Source: Octopus vulgaris
Lineage: Eukaryota
Length of the DNA stretch: 64,000 bases
Assembly: GCA_951406725.2 (NCBI GenBank)
Contig: OX597821.1
Coordinates: forward strand, 14,198,001-14,262,000
Reading direction: 5' to 3'
Made by a program: the position numbers and the translations under genes. A model generated the notes under the pieces. It was not told the DNA's origin and made no database searches. It worked only from the letters and a program-made list of their open reading frames with translations. The first letter of the stretch is position 1, and the number at the start of each line of letters is the position of its first letter. Below are positions 41,334-54,775 of this stretch, one piece after another.

Positions 41334-41540
41334 TCAACAGTCAAAGCAGTGAGGTATTTGCATATGGTATTCATTTTTCAGACTTACCATGTCATCTGGT
41401 TGACTATTCCATGCATTTGTCACATTGTGGTTAAGTGTGTTCCTTCTAATACCTAACCTGTACAATCTAGGCTTGCGCAAGTCCATACTACGTCCTCTTG
41501 GTCCCTTTGATATATCTAAAAACACAAAGAATCTTTCAAC
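41334..41540 (-). pseudogene. CR1/L2-type LINE ORF2 C-terminal relic
   Basis: PRGRSMDLRKPRLYRLGIRRNTLNHNVTNAWNSQPDDMV resembles TRGHSxKLxKPRxRLDIRKxFFSxRVVNxWNSLPxxVV. Confidence 0.75.
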
Positions 41541-41577
41541 TGATTCATAAATCTCCTAAATTATTCATTTATTCATG

Positions 41578-41620
41578 TTATATATATACATATATATATA
41601 TGTATATATAAATATATATT

Positions 41621-41681
<61 letters not shown>

Positions 41682-41739
41682 TTATATATTTACATATATA
41701 TGTGTGTGTATATATATATATATATATATGTAAATATAT

Positions 41740-41796
<57 letters not shown>

Positions 41797-41956
41797 TATT
41801 TACATATATATATATATATATATATATGCATACACACATATATATATGCATACACACACATACATATATACATATGTATACATATATATATTCATATATG
41901 TACATATAAATGAATATATATACATGTATATATATGTACATATATACATATATATA

Positions 41957-41990
<34 letters not shown>

Positions 41991-42090
41991 CATATATATA
42001 TGATATGTATATATGTATGTACACATATATATATGTATACATATATTCATATAGATACACATATATATATATAACATATATGCATATCAT

Positions 42091-42130
<40 letters not shown>

Positions 42131-42165
42131 CATGTATAATATACATGTATAGATATATATATATA
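41578..42165. repeat. ~590-bp degenerate TA/CA/TG microsatellite block
   Basis: Read directly from the sequence. Confidence 0.95.
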
Positions 42166-42881
42166 ATTATGAAGTAAACTATATTTCCTCGAAGATAAAT
42201 TTATTTTCTTCTAATATATATAAAGGCTACTATTATTTTATCTGTCAAGGAAAGGCTGATTCCATCCTTGCATTAAATTTATGTATTGTCTCTGCTGAAT
42301 TATTAAATCAGTGCCTGAATATTTTATAGTCTGTGAACTACAGAATTGATATAGAACTTACAGGTTGTGTTGGTCAAGGGAATTTCTGAAAAATACTATT
42401 ATTGTTTTTTTCTTTTAGGTGTATCACTTGTGTACTGTTATTACAAATATATAATTTTTAATTGCTTGTGGAGACAGTAAACCTGGCTTTTCCCAAGGGC
42501 CAAAAATATCTCACAGTCAGAACTCTCATCACTAAAGAAGAAATTTAAGGACACCTTTCACCCATGTCTAATATTTTTACTCAACGTTGTGCACTGAACA
42601 ACTAGCCAGATTAGATATTAGATTTTGGGAATTTCTGCAGTCCAGTACAGAAGGAAGGCCATTAAAATATATTCATATAATTAGCAGAGAGACACAATAT
42701 GAAACTGAGGATATACCAAAGCTAATATAGCAAGAGATTACTGGTACTACATTTTAAAATGCATCTCAGTTACAACCATTTGAAAAAGAAGATGAATGTA
42801 ATAAATAGAATAAATTTTAAGGTTCTCAACTTTTGATGTTATAAAATTCTGTTGATTCAGTAGTATTTAAAAAGCTTCTAA

Positions 42882-43105
42882 GTGCAGGAGTGGCTTTGTG
42901 GTAAGTAGCTTGCTTACCAACCACATGGTTCCTGGTTCAGTCCCACTCTGTAGCACCCTGGGCAAGTGTCTTCTACTATAGCCCCGGGCCGACCAGAGCC
43001 TTGTGAGTGGATTTGGTAGATGCAAACTGAAAGAAGCCTATCGTATATATGTATATATATGTATGTGTGTGCATATGCTTGTGTGTCTGTGTTTGTCCTC
43101 CCAAC
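42882..43105 (+). mobile_element. SINE family A, 5' half
   Basis: gcaggagtggctttgtggtaag...tgtgtttgtcc. Confidence 0.85.
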
Positions 43106-43954
43106 AGACACACTGTTTGTCCTCAGTAAACTGCAGCCCATACGATTTTCTGAATGGCAAACCTAATGAAAAATTTACTTAATTCTTTTTATTAGCACTG
43201 TTTGCCTGATGATTAACTATATCTCATGCAGCCCACTTCTTGAAGAAAGTTGTCCATGCTTGGTTACTGTTTTTCATTCATAATTTTAGATATTCTTTTT
43301 AGGATTCTTTTACTGGATTGTTGAATATCCTTTCAATCATACACTTTGCTGCCTTGCCTAATTTTCTTTTCTTGATACTGATAATTATTAAATTATTATT
43401 ACTCTTTGCAATAAGCCTCATATCAAGATTTCAAATGAGACTGACTGTCTGAAGAAACAACAAGAAAAGGTCAAACAGCAAAGAAGGCAAGAGACAGACA
43501 ATCAAATATCTTACATTCTTTATAAATGATGTAAACAAACAAAAACAAAAACAAAAGACAAAAGACACCAATGAATATGCTGAAAGTTTTGATTAGATAG
43601 AGTGAAATATGATAGACAAGTAATATGGATTAAAATATGTATCGTTTTTATTTCAGTGATTTAAGTGTATAAAATGTTACATTGATTTTAGATGATGTAG
43701 CACTATTTTAAATAGAATTATAAAAATATTGAAAAAAAAATATAAGAATAAAATGTTTGTAGCTATGGAAATTTGTTGTCATATTAATTTATCAGTGTTT
43801 ACTGTAATAATTCGGTATACTATATGTAAAATAGTTACAAAAGCATTCACCCATTAACACAATTGTACATACATACATTCATACACACACACAAACACAC
43901 ATATAGATATACACACATACATACATACATAAATAAATACATAGATACATTGTG

Positions 43955-44295
43955 GAGACCCCCCCTTCGGTCACAAATGACCATGGGATTGCACCTAGAA
44001 AGTTACCCTCCCAGGCACAAGTCCAGGCAAGGTTGTTTTATGGAAGACCAGCAGTCACCCATGCATGCCGGCCTCCCCTCTCCACACCACCAGTGTTATC
44101 CAAGGGAAAGGCAAAGGGGCCGATACAGCTTGGCACCTGTGACATCGCAGCTCATTTCTACAGCCGAGTGAACTGGATCAATGTGAAATAAAGTGTCTTG
44201 CTTAAGAACACAACACGCAGCCCGGTCTGGGAATCAAACTCACAACCTCACGATCATAAGCTTGACGGTCTAACCACTGAGCCATGTGCCTTCAC
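43955..44295 (-). mobile_element. SINE family D, near full length
   Basis: Minus-strand head GAAGGCACATGGCTCAGTGGTTAG...GAGTTTGATTCCCAGACCGGG. Confidence 0.85.
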
Positions 44296-44326
44296 TACAT
44301 GCATACATATGTATATACATATATGA

Positions 44327-44394
<68 letters not shown>

Positions 44395-45555
44395 TACACT
44401 CACAGAGATAGATAGATAGATAGATAGATAGATATTATGTACCATGTACACATATTAGAATCCAGATATTCAACCCTAAAACTGCATCAAATCAATATCG
44501 TTTAAGTCTTCATATACAAAATTTATTCCTTGATAAGCTGTCTAGTGATGCCTATAATTTTTATCTTTTTTATTTTCTTGCTTATTGTACTGTCCATATT
44601 AAGAAAGAATTTTATAAAATGTCTATACATGTATTATCTAATAGTAACACTGTCATCTGATACTGATAACATTATCATTTGATAAATAAGGAGGATACAT
44701 TACTGTATTTGATTTACACAGTAATATTTTAAAATTGAATCTTGACATATTAGAAATGACTCCTATTTTATAAGCCAATAGAAAATATAAACCTGGCAAG
44801 TAAAAAGAAAAAAAATGCTAAAATATTTACTTTTTCAAAATTAAAGTCTTCAAATGTTGAATCAAATGAAGATGGTCAGATATTCAGACAAAGAATAAGT
44901 AATGTAAGGGTCAAACACATCACATACACTATGGATCACCACTCCCTCTGGAGGAATCCGATAGAAAATCTTTCTCAGTAGATTTTGTTTTAATGAGACA
45001 AGTTCAAGGCTGTCGCTAAGAGCTTGGCAAAGGTGTCATACAAACTCTGACCATCTGAGGTAAAATTTCTAAATAAAACAAAAATTATGAAAATGTAGTA
45101 ATATAAAGTGCAGGGGAGGTTACTCTTGGAACTGAGGAGGACAGAGGAAAGGAGCAGGAAGAGGTTTCTGAGGTGTGAGTAGGCAGGGGAGCTGCATGGT
45201 GTTATGACCTGTTACATGATTTGGCATGAAACATTTTAAGTTTTTCCAGATAATGGTGTTACTTGATGTTACAAGTAACTATAAGAGTATAGCTTTCTTG
45301 TGTAGAAATTATCTTTATCTATTACTTGCTTCAGTCATTAGACTGTATCTTTCTTGCCTCAAGCTTCCAAAAATAAAATTACATTTGCTTTTTTTAAGTT
45401 TTAAATACATAATTTATCCAGTTCAACAGATTTTTATATACTTTCTGCTTGCTATTTTATTTCTCTCTTGCCTTTTGTTCTCTCTCTCTACCTCTCTTCT
45501 ACTCTCTCTACATCTATCTAGCTATCCACACTTGTACACATGGCTAAACACAAAT

Positions 45556-45602
<47 letters not shown>

Positions 45603-45809
45603 TATGGTGACACTTAAATACATTAATCCACACATAATTAATGACATGCAAACATAAACAACTGAGTGTTAGTATACTAGATTACCTACCAAAGATAGAA
45701 AAAATGTGTAATTATTTCATATCTGCAGGTAATATAGATTACTCCAATAATTTATACCTATAGCTGAAATCATCAGGTACATCTACCATATACTAGTAAG
45801 AAGAACCAA

Positions 45810-46476
45810 AGTAGGGATAGGAATAAACGTAACAATACAGGTCTAAGTAAATTAATTTGGTATGTAAAAGACCACAATAAACAATTTAATTTAGATTGGT
45901 TGATTCTCTCAATTTCGATCCCTTATGATAAAGGCAAGGAATTCTGTCTTCTTTGTAATTCTGACTATTTTTTATTCTTTTTTCTAAAAATCCCCTTGTA
46001 AACATGGTTATAGAATATGCATACCGATGTAAACATTGGCAGAAACACACCTTTAGTTCATGTAAGTGATATCTATCATTATATATAATTTAAACATTAA
46101 TTCTCTTCTTACATTTCGCATTCACTAGATATATCTTTTTCCAAGACTTTAGGGTTTTATTTAATTTACATATCGTTATATACTTGTCGTTTATTTGGTT
46201 TTATTCTTTCCTTTACCCCTCCTCTTTCTGTAGGCTACCTTTGACGTTATATCTTCTAACATTTTTTAAACAAAAACTTAATAGCATTCAATTAATCACT
46301 ATACATATCCATCATATTCTGTTAAAATGTCTTATTGACGAGTTTCATTTCTTCATTTTCCTGATGAGAAGATTACATTGTTATACACCATTTTATTCCT
46401 TTGGAATAATACCAGTGATATCTTCGAAACATGTGTCAGAAGCAAAAGAATTTGAATAACACTTATGTCTAACTCC

Positions 46477-46480
<4 letters not shown>
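45810..46480 (+). mobile_element. 3' end of a Penelope-like element: GIY-YIG endonuclease C-terminus, 3' UTR and hammerhead, ending at (TA)n
   Basis: RDRNKRNNTGLSKLIWYVKDHNKQFNLDWLILSISIPYDKGKEFCLLCNS/ELFFIL...VN...RCKH* (stop 46067-46069) matches the PLE endonuclease tail pattern T.LSK.IW.LK....I.W.IL....Y......C.LC..EK..I....LN...E....C.H; one frameshift. Confidence 0.8.
46354..46443 (+). ncRNA. Type I hammerhead ribozyme with weakened stem I
   Basis: CTGATGA(46361-46367); stem II GAAGAT/ATCTTC; GAAAC(46426-46430) ATGT GTC(46435-46437); stem I TTTTC/AGAAG has a C-A mismatch next to the core. Confidence 0.65.
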
Positions 46481-46540
<60 letters not shown>

Positions 46541-46543
<3 letters not shown>

Positions 46544-46704
46544 TCACTAGCCACTACACATTCTTTATTTTCTCTCCTTGTTTCTTTCTGTGGAAGCATA
46601 TAGGCTCGAAACATTAAAGACTTTTTCACTTCCTGAGTGTTATACTAATACATCTGTTTGTTGTCTACACCACCTGTCTTTTGTTTTTTTTTGTAAATTC
46701 ATCC
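46541..46704 (+). mobile_element. ~160-bp element embedded in (TA)n, probably PLE terminal-repeat derived; other copies at 50969-51123 and (partial) 13405-13472
   Basis: agatc-ctagccactacacattctttattttctctccttgtttctttctgtggaag...ggctcgaaac-ttaaagac...ctaatacatctgtttgtt is shared between copies. Confidence 0.7.
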
Positions 46705-46914
46705 TATATATATATCTAAGTGTATAAAGTTACTAAGTGGACTAGTTAACACCAGCATTGCTAGAAATAAGAATCAAAACAACTCAGTGCTTTCTCATGG
46801 CTAAGAGTTGTTTTCACTCTTCTTTCTAGCAATGGTGGTGGTAACTATACCCTTAATCACTTCAGTGATGTCTATACTTCTGCCTTTTGGTTGTAAATTG
46901 TGAATAAGACACCT

Positions 46915-46974
<60 letters not shown>

Positions 46975-47666
46975 GTGTACACACACACACACATAGACAC
47001 ACACACACATAGACACACACACACACTCTCATTTTGAAATAATTGGATATTTATTCACTGATTGTTAAATTAGAAAAAAAGTAAAAGATAAAAGAGAGAG
47101 AGAGAGAGAATCCCTAAATAGATACAAGTATATAGAATGATTCTACTGTTCAGCACCTGGGGCAAGTGTCTTCTTTCTTAGATATGGCTTGTCCAATACC
47201 TTGTGAATGGAATTTGGTCGATGGAATCTGTATGGAAACCCTTTGTGTGTGTGCATGTGTGTGCTTGTGCGTGTGCATGCATGCATGTGTGCGAGTCTGT
47301 ATGTACATATATATATATGTATACGTACATACTCACATACATATATATATACATATGTGTATGAGTGTATGTATATACAGACACACACATGTATGTACAC
47401 AAATGTGTACACACACACAAACACATTTACGGGGATGTGTACTTGCATGTACACTTTTCAGCATGCTGTTCTCAGCCATGCTGTCAGATGCCTTATGAAA
47501 CAACAGTGAAACCAGCACCAAGATCAGATTCAGGACTGATGGCGCACTCTTGAACCTGTGGAGGCTACAAACCAAGACCAAGTTGAAAGAAGACTCAGTG
47601 CATGCCTTCTTGTTTGCAAACAGCTGCACACTCAGTGCTACCACGTGGGCCCAAATGAAATAGAGT

Positions 47667-47930
47667 ATGAACTGCTTTTCCTCTGCCTGCAAAAACTTTG
47701 GCCTCACAATCAGTACCCAGAAGACAGAAGTCGTACACCAACCTGCCCCAGAGAAGCCATATGTGGAACAAACCATCACTGTCAGAGGGAAAATCCTGAA
47801 CCATTTTCCCTCTGACAGTGATGGTTTGTTCCACATATGGCTTCTCTGGGGCAGGTTGGTGTACGACTTCTGTCTTCTGGGTACTGATTGTGAGGCCAAA
47901 GTTTTTGCAGGCAGAGGAAAAGCAGTTCAT
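47667..47930. repeat. Inverted duplication of RTE sequence with 128-bp arms and an 8-nt spacer
   Basis: 47667-47794 is the reverse complement of 47803-47930; the same peptide appears on both strands in the ORF track. Confidence 0.95.
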
Positions 47931-48197
47931 TAAACAATTTAATTTAGATTGGTCGATTCTCTCAATTTTGATCCCTTATGATAAAGGCAAGGAATTCTGT
48001 CTTCTTTGTAATTCTGAACTATTTTTTATTCTTTTTTCTAAAAATCCCCTTGTAAACATGGTTATAGAATATGCATACTGATGTAAACATTGGCAGAAAC
48101 ACACCTTTAGTTCATGTAAGTGATATCTATCATTAAATATAATTTAAACATTAATTTTCTTCTTACATTTCACATTCACTAGATATAACTTTTTCCA
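47931..48197 (+). mobile_element. Second copy of the PLE endonuclease C-terminus/3' UTR (matches 45878-46143)
   Basis: KQFNLDWSILSILIPYDKGKEFCLLCNSELFFILFSKNPLVN; about 8 differences from the upstream copy by eye. Confidence 0.9.
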
Positions 48198-49003
48198 GCA
48201 GCACACTCTCTTGATCTGTGAATATTGATGATGAAATCAACACATGTTTCAAAAAGAAGCTCAGCGTTTGGGTGGCTATGTGAATCAGTGTGGGTAAGGC
48301 ATTAAGCTGGTCACAAAATTGATTGAGCATCAAGAAGTTGTACTACCTGTGCTGCTGCATGCCTGTGAGACTAGGACAGTTTATGAATGCTACACCAAAA
48401 TGCCAAACTGCTCGAGAAAGTTGTCGAAAATCACCTGGCAACACAAGATCTCAGACACAGAAGTCCTCCTTCAAGCTGAAATGCCAAACATTTAGACACT
48501 GCTGAGGAGAGTCAGGTGGACAGGCCACTTTGTTCAAATGCCTGACATGAAGACTCCGCAAGATTCTGTTTTACAGCAAACTGATGGACTGCAAGGGCAT
48601 GCATGGTGGACAGTAAAAGAACTTCAATGACACACTCAAAGCCCTCACTGAAGAGCTTTGAGATCAACCTCAGCACCTGGAAAACACAGACACAAGACTG
48701 ACCTGCCTAGCAACGCTGCACCATTAGAGGTGCGATCTCCTACAAACAACAGGATTACAAAAGCACAAAGAAAAAATGAGCTATGAAAGTCCAGAGCCAA
48801 CCACCTGCTTCAGTCCTAACAGACCACCAGTGCTCAACCTGGGGCAGAGTCTTTCGAGCATGCATCAAACTGTCTAGGCCACGACTGAAAACATCATGCG
48901 CTATTTTCTCCTATGTGATGTCCTTGGTCACTGTTGACAACAGTGGACGAACTAATAAATAGTAATGATAATAATAATATGTTATATGTATATATATATA
49001 TGA

Positions 49004-49415
49004 GGCGCAGGAGTGGCTGTGTGGTAAGTAGCTTGCTAACCAACCACATGGTTCCGGGTTCAGTCCCACTGCGTGGCACCTTGGGCAAGTGTCTTCTGCT
49101 ATAGCCCCGGGCCGACCAATGCCTTGTGAGTGGATTTGGTAGGCAGAAACTGAAAGAAGCCGTCGTATATATGTATATATATACATGTGTGTGCGTGTAT
49201 GTTTGTGTGTCTGTGTTTGTCCCCCTAGCATTGCTTGACAACCGATGCTGGTGTATTTACCTCCCTGTCACCTAGCAGCTCGGCAAAAGAGACCGATAGA
49301 ATAAGTACTGGGCTTACAAAGAATAAGTCCCGGGGTCGATTTGCTCGACTAAAAAGGCGGTGCTCCAGCATGGCCACAGTCAAATGACTGAAACAAGTAA
49401 AAGAGAAAGAGAGAG
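49004..49415 (+). mobile_element. SINE family A, full length
   Basis: ggcgcaggagtgg ... aagtaaaagagaaagag. Confidence 0.92.
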
Positions 49416-49866
49416 AGTATATATATACACACACACACACACAAACACACATACATATGTGTGTGCATATGTATCTGTGCCAGTGTTTACAATGTTGTCT
49501 GTGCTGTGTCTCTTTCTGTCCCATAAACTAGTAGTTCAACAAATAATTATAAAATAACTAGCAGACAGAAAAATATATGGTCTGCCTGACATGATAGAAT
49601 CAGTTAGACCCCTTCGAAGATAGTGCCCCAGCAAGGCCACAGTCTAGTGACTGAAACCCAGTAAGAATAATAAAAGAGTTGGGCCAACTTGTTTGAGTTC
49701 AACATATAACACATAAAAAAACAAATAAACAAAGCAATAAATAATTAAATATAAAAATATTTATCAAACAAAAAAATTAATTAATTTAATTTTAAGGCTT
49801 ATTTTTATTACTTGCTGATATAGTTGAATCTTTTCGCAGTGACATTGTTTTCTTTATAAACACACA

Positions 49867-49914
<48 letters not shown>

Positions 49915-50917
49915 CGAACACACACATACACACACACACACACACATTAATAAATCTATCTAAAATGTTTGTGTTCATCTTTAAGTGAATTAAGCCAATT
50001 TTTCAAAGCAGTGCTTTTGTTACAATTCTATCATTATTGACGTAGCTACTAATAATAATAATAATAATGTACCGTGACAACTACTTCTACATTAGAGCTA
50101 TTTCTATATCAGATGATTTTATATGTTGCAGTCTGAAACCTTTCCAATTCCAACCATGTTTTCAGAACAAAAGCCAAGTTGCTATAGCTACAAGTGATAG
50201 AACTCTGCCAGTGGTCCTCTACTACTGCTGCTGTATCAGCAGTGCCACCATTGCTTCATGTCACTGGCACTAATATTTGCTTTATAACAAAATGCAAATA
50301 GCTGATGACAAGTTATTTGGAAGGAAGAGAGGAAATATCATGTGACTGAACAATCATTATATAAGAGTGGATAAAAATATTGTTATATATTGCTCAGTGT
50401 CATCTTAGTGTCTGTTAGATGACACACCACAAATCTATATTATGAGGGTTTTTTTTTCTTTCTATATCAGTGATGGTTTTCTATAACTGTTGGAGACAGT
50501 AAGAATAATAATATAATTTGAAATGCTTTCGTATTATAAATATGAATACAAAACAAGAAAAAGAATGTAGTTTTGTCGTGAAGAATATAATCAAGAAAAA
50601 TTTTACAATAATGAAAGAATGTTATAAAAATAAATTTCAATCTTAAATATGAAACTACTGAAATAATAAAATAAGCGTTTGCCTTAAGATATCATGTATA
50701 TTTAAAAATTAAAGAATTCACACATTATATAGGTATATAGGTCAATACTTGGCTGTATGGTTAAGAAGTTCACTTTGCAGTAATGTGATTTTAGGTTCAA
50801 CAACAGTGTGTGGCACCTTGATCAAGTGTCATCTTCTAAAAGCTGGTGAGTGAATTTGGTAGATGGGAACTGAACAAATGCCTGTTGTATGTCACTCTCT
50901 TTCTTTCTTTCTTTCTT

Positions 50918-50965
<48 letters not shown>

Positions 50966-50968
50966 GAT

Positions 50969-51122
50969 AGATCGCTAGCCACTACACATTCTTTATTTTC
51001 TCTCCTTGTTTCTTTCTGTGGAAGAGCATAGGCTCGAAACGTTAAAGACGTTTTCACTAATAATACATCTATTTGTTGTCTACACCACCTGTCTTCATCT
51101 TTTGTTTCTTTGTGAATTCTTC

Positions 51123-51123
<1 letters not shown>
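50969..51123 (+). mobile_element. Second copy of the ~160-bp (TA)n-embedded element
   Basis: Homologous to 46541-46704. Confidence 0.7.
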
Positions 51124-51163
<40 letters not shown>

Positions 51164-52114
51164 GTTGGTGATATCCTGTACCCATATATGCATGTATACA
51201 CACACATACACATATATTATATATTATTTACTTTTTATATATATATATATATTTGTATGTATGTACATATGTGATTGTTTGTGTTTGTGTCTCACTGCTT
51301 GACAACTGGTATTGGTTTGTTTATGTCAACATGACTTAGCAAATCAACAAAAACAAAAGGCTGATAGAAAAAGTACTGGGTTTTAAAAAATATAACCACT
51401 AAAGCCTTGCAGGTGGTGTTCCAGCATGGCTGCAATCCAATGAGTGAAACAAATAAAAGAATAACTAAATAAAAAAGAAATAAGTAAAAAAAAAATGGTG
51501 TATGTCAGTGAAATGGGAAATTGTCAAGGTGAGGGGCTTTGTAGTTTCTATTTCATCTTGCAGTATGCCAAGCATGCATACAGATCACCACTAGCCAATT
51601 AGTTTTAAGACTATATTTGTTTCAGAGTAATATACATATTTTTCATATTTAGAATTAACATATTCTGATTTGCAAGTTATCTTAAGACGCTATGTTTTAA
51701 TTTTAATTTTGAACATACTATTATGTTTCATTAAATATTTTCAGATCAACTAAATGCTGAAATTAGCACTAAAATATTTTGAAAGTAATTTCAGTGATTT
51801 TCAGAAGAATTGTTTTTGTATATAATTTTTATGAGTTTTTGAAACTAATTTTTAATCATTAAGATGGCTTTATCTGCAAATGCAATGTAAGATATTAAAA
51901 TGTAAACAACTGTTTATATGCTTAAAATGCATTGAAAATTGTATTTTTCTCAATTATTACTAAGAAATACTAATAATTTAATTTTATGTGGTGAAATTTG
52001 AAATTATTAATTTTTGCAAAAATGAAAATTCAATACAAAAATAGGTCATAACATACTAAAATGATATCTATATTCTCCTCCTCTTCCTCCTCCTCATCAT
52101 TTAAAATTCATTTT

Positions 52115-52326
52115 GCCAGTACCACCTGACTGGCCCTTGTGCCATGGCATGTAAAAGCACCCACTACACTCTCGGAGTGGTTGGCATTAGGAAGGGCATC
52201 CAGCTGTAGAAACTCTGCCAGATCAAGATTGGAGCCTGGTGCAGCCATCTGGTTTGCCAGTCCTCAGTCAAATAGTCCAACCCATGCTAGCATGAAAAGC
52301 GGATGTTAAATGACGATGATGATGAT
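52115..52326 (+). mobile_element. SINE family E, 3' part
   Basis: ggttggcattaggaagggcatccagc ... ccaacccatgctagcatg ... gatgatgatg. Confidence 0.8.
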
Positions 52327-52962
52327 GGCATGCGTTGACCAGTTTGACAGAATGCAACAAGCTGCAGAGCAGCACCAAGCTTCAATTTCAGATTTGGTAT
52401 GTTTTCTATGTCTGAATGATTTTCCTAACCCTACAGAAAATAATTTACTAAACAAAAATTTATTTTAATATGTATTGAAAAACTACCTTTTATAAGGACT
52501 AAAATATGAATTCAGACAACTAATATGACTGATACTGATCAAGAGAATTGATTCAGACATTCTTTTACTTACAAGAAACTCATATCCGTTACCCAAGAAA
52601 TTCATCCAATTAGATCCATTTTGATAACATTAACCCTGTAGCATATTTTTAACTGATTCCTCAGTTTTAACTTTTATGGGTTGCTTTTTAAATTGATTCT
52701 GCAGAGAGCTGTGTCATTTATGAGAAGAAATTCTAACTCTTATTGCTTAATGTTCTGTTTAGAAAAATGTATTTAGCTCTTTTGCATTCACATTATACAT
52801 TATTAAAAGTAATACTTTATTTACATCAATCATGCATATCTTGTGGCTTTGAAATTTGGTGAGGTAACTGTTAATTTTTAGAATTATATTGTTGGGTAGG
52901 TATGAGAAGTTGGGTCTGGCTAGTTTGAACGTAAAACAAGTAGAATATTTTGGCCAGATATA

Positions 52963-53380
52963 CTCTTTTACTCTTTTTACTCTTTTACTTGTTTCAGTCA
53001 TTTGACTGCGGCCAAGCTGGAGCACCGCCTTTAGTCGAGCAACTCGACCCCGGGACTTATTCTTCGTAAGCCCAGTACTTATTTTATCAGTCTCTTTTGC
53101 CTTACCGCTAAGTGACAGGGACATAAACACACCAGCATCGGTTGTCAAGCAATGCTAGGGGAACAAACACAGACACACAAACACACTCGCACACATATAT
53201 ACATATATATGCATATATACGACGGGCTTCTTTCAGTTTCCGTCTACCAAATCCACTCACAAGGCATTGGTCGGCCCGAGGCTATAGTAGAAGACACTTG
53301 CCCAAGGTGCCACGCAGTGGGACTGAACCCGGAACCATGTGGTTGGTAAGCAAGCTACTTACCACACAGCCACTCCTGTG
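52963..53380 (-). mobile_element. SINE family A, full length
   Basis: (ctctttta)n tail ... ccacacagccactcctg. Confidence 0.92.
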
Positions 53381-54049
53381 CTGATATGGTCGGTTTTTAT
53401 AGTAAAGGGTTAATTAATATCTGCTAAAACCTTTTATTAAATGAGTTTATTGATCTCATTTCATCACATGTTTAGCATATTTACAGAAATATTTATTTTC
53501 GCCTCAATTAATTCCAAGCCAGATATTGTACTCCATATGAGTCTCAACATAATTCTTATATGTTAAAAATTGTTTATTTTTAAAGAGATGCTTTTAAATA
53601 TTGGTTTCAAATTTTGGCATAAGGCCAGCAATTCTGGGGAGGGGGTAAATCGATTACATTGACCCCAGTGCTCAACTGGAACCTTCTTTATCAACCTCAA
53701 AAAGATGAAAGGCAAAGTCAACCTTGGCAATATTTGAACTCAGGACACAAAGACAGAGGAAATACTGCTATGCATTTTTTCCAGTGTAGTAACACTTCTG
53801 CCAACTCACCACCTGATGTTTTGAAATAATAGTCACATACTAGACTTTTGAGATTCAAAATTATATATTTTCTGAATTGTTATATCAGATTAAGACATCA
53901 AAATCGGTAGTATTGTCAGAGTGTTGGATATAATGCATCACAGGAGGTGACTTAGTGAAACTGTTAGAGTTTCTGACAAAATGCTTTGTGTTATTTGTTC
54001 CACCAATTAGTAAGTGACAGCAGTGCCTGAAATGTCATTGGTGCTAAGC

Positions 54050-54452
54050 TTAATTAGAAAACTGACAAAGGGTCTTGTTTCATTAGGACAATGCCACAAC
54101 ATACAAGTTCTTAGTTTCAATGGCTGCTGTGCATGATTGGGATTTTGAACTGGTTGATCAGCCTCCCTATTCTTTTGACTTGGCCTCATCTGATTATCAT
54201 CTATTCCCCGACATGAAAATAAACCTCACTTGGCTGGGAATCAGTACCACAGTGATAATTATGTCATATCTGCTGTTAACATTTTTGAGCAACAGGATGA
54301 AAGTTTCTTCACCAATGGGATCCAAGCACTGTAACACCAATGGAAGAAGTGTGTGGATCACAAGGGGAACCATACTGAAAAATATATCTCATTTGGTCAC
54401 ATTCCACGAGAGTGTCTTGGTCAGCTTATGAACTTTTCAGCTGATCCCTGTA
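54050..54452 (+). mobile_element. Mariner 3' fragment from a different family, with right TIR
   Basis: DNA motif, FELVDQPPYSFDLASSDYHLFPDMK, and terminal gaacttttcagctgatccctg|ta. Confidence 0.8.
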
Positions 54453-54587
54453 AAATGGCAGTTTTTCTTTTATGCAACATTGATGGTGTAGGAAAAGCTG
54501 CCAGTCTTCAATAAAAATATAGTTGCCCAGGTCTGCATACACAAAAGTTAAGTAGTCAGTTCTGACTGATAGAGACTTACACACACG

Positions 54588-54645
54588 TATGTATGTATGT
54601 ATGTATGTATGTATGTATGTATGTATGTATGTATGTATGTATGTA

Positions 54646-54693
<48 letters not shown>

Positions 54694-54775
54694 GTCTATC
54701 TATCTATCTATCTATCTCTATGTATGTATCTATCTATCTCTCTCTCTCTCTATATATATATACACACACACACAC
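54588..54775. repeat. Compound (TATG)n(TCTG)n(TCTA)n microsatellite
   Basis: Read directly from the sequence. Confidence 0.95.

Larger units (their letters stand above)
47490..48952 (+). mobile_element. Decayed RTE-clade LINE (3' part of the ORF plus 3' UTR), interrupted at ~47802-48197
   Basis: MNCFSSACKNFGLTISTQKTEVVHQPAPEKPYVEQTITVRGKILN ... STLS*SVNIDDEIN ... GHFVQMPDM ... C-terminal HQCSTWGRVFRA zinc-finger-like remnant. Confidence 0.85.
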
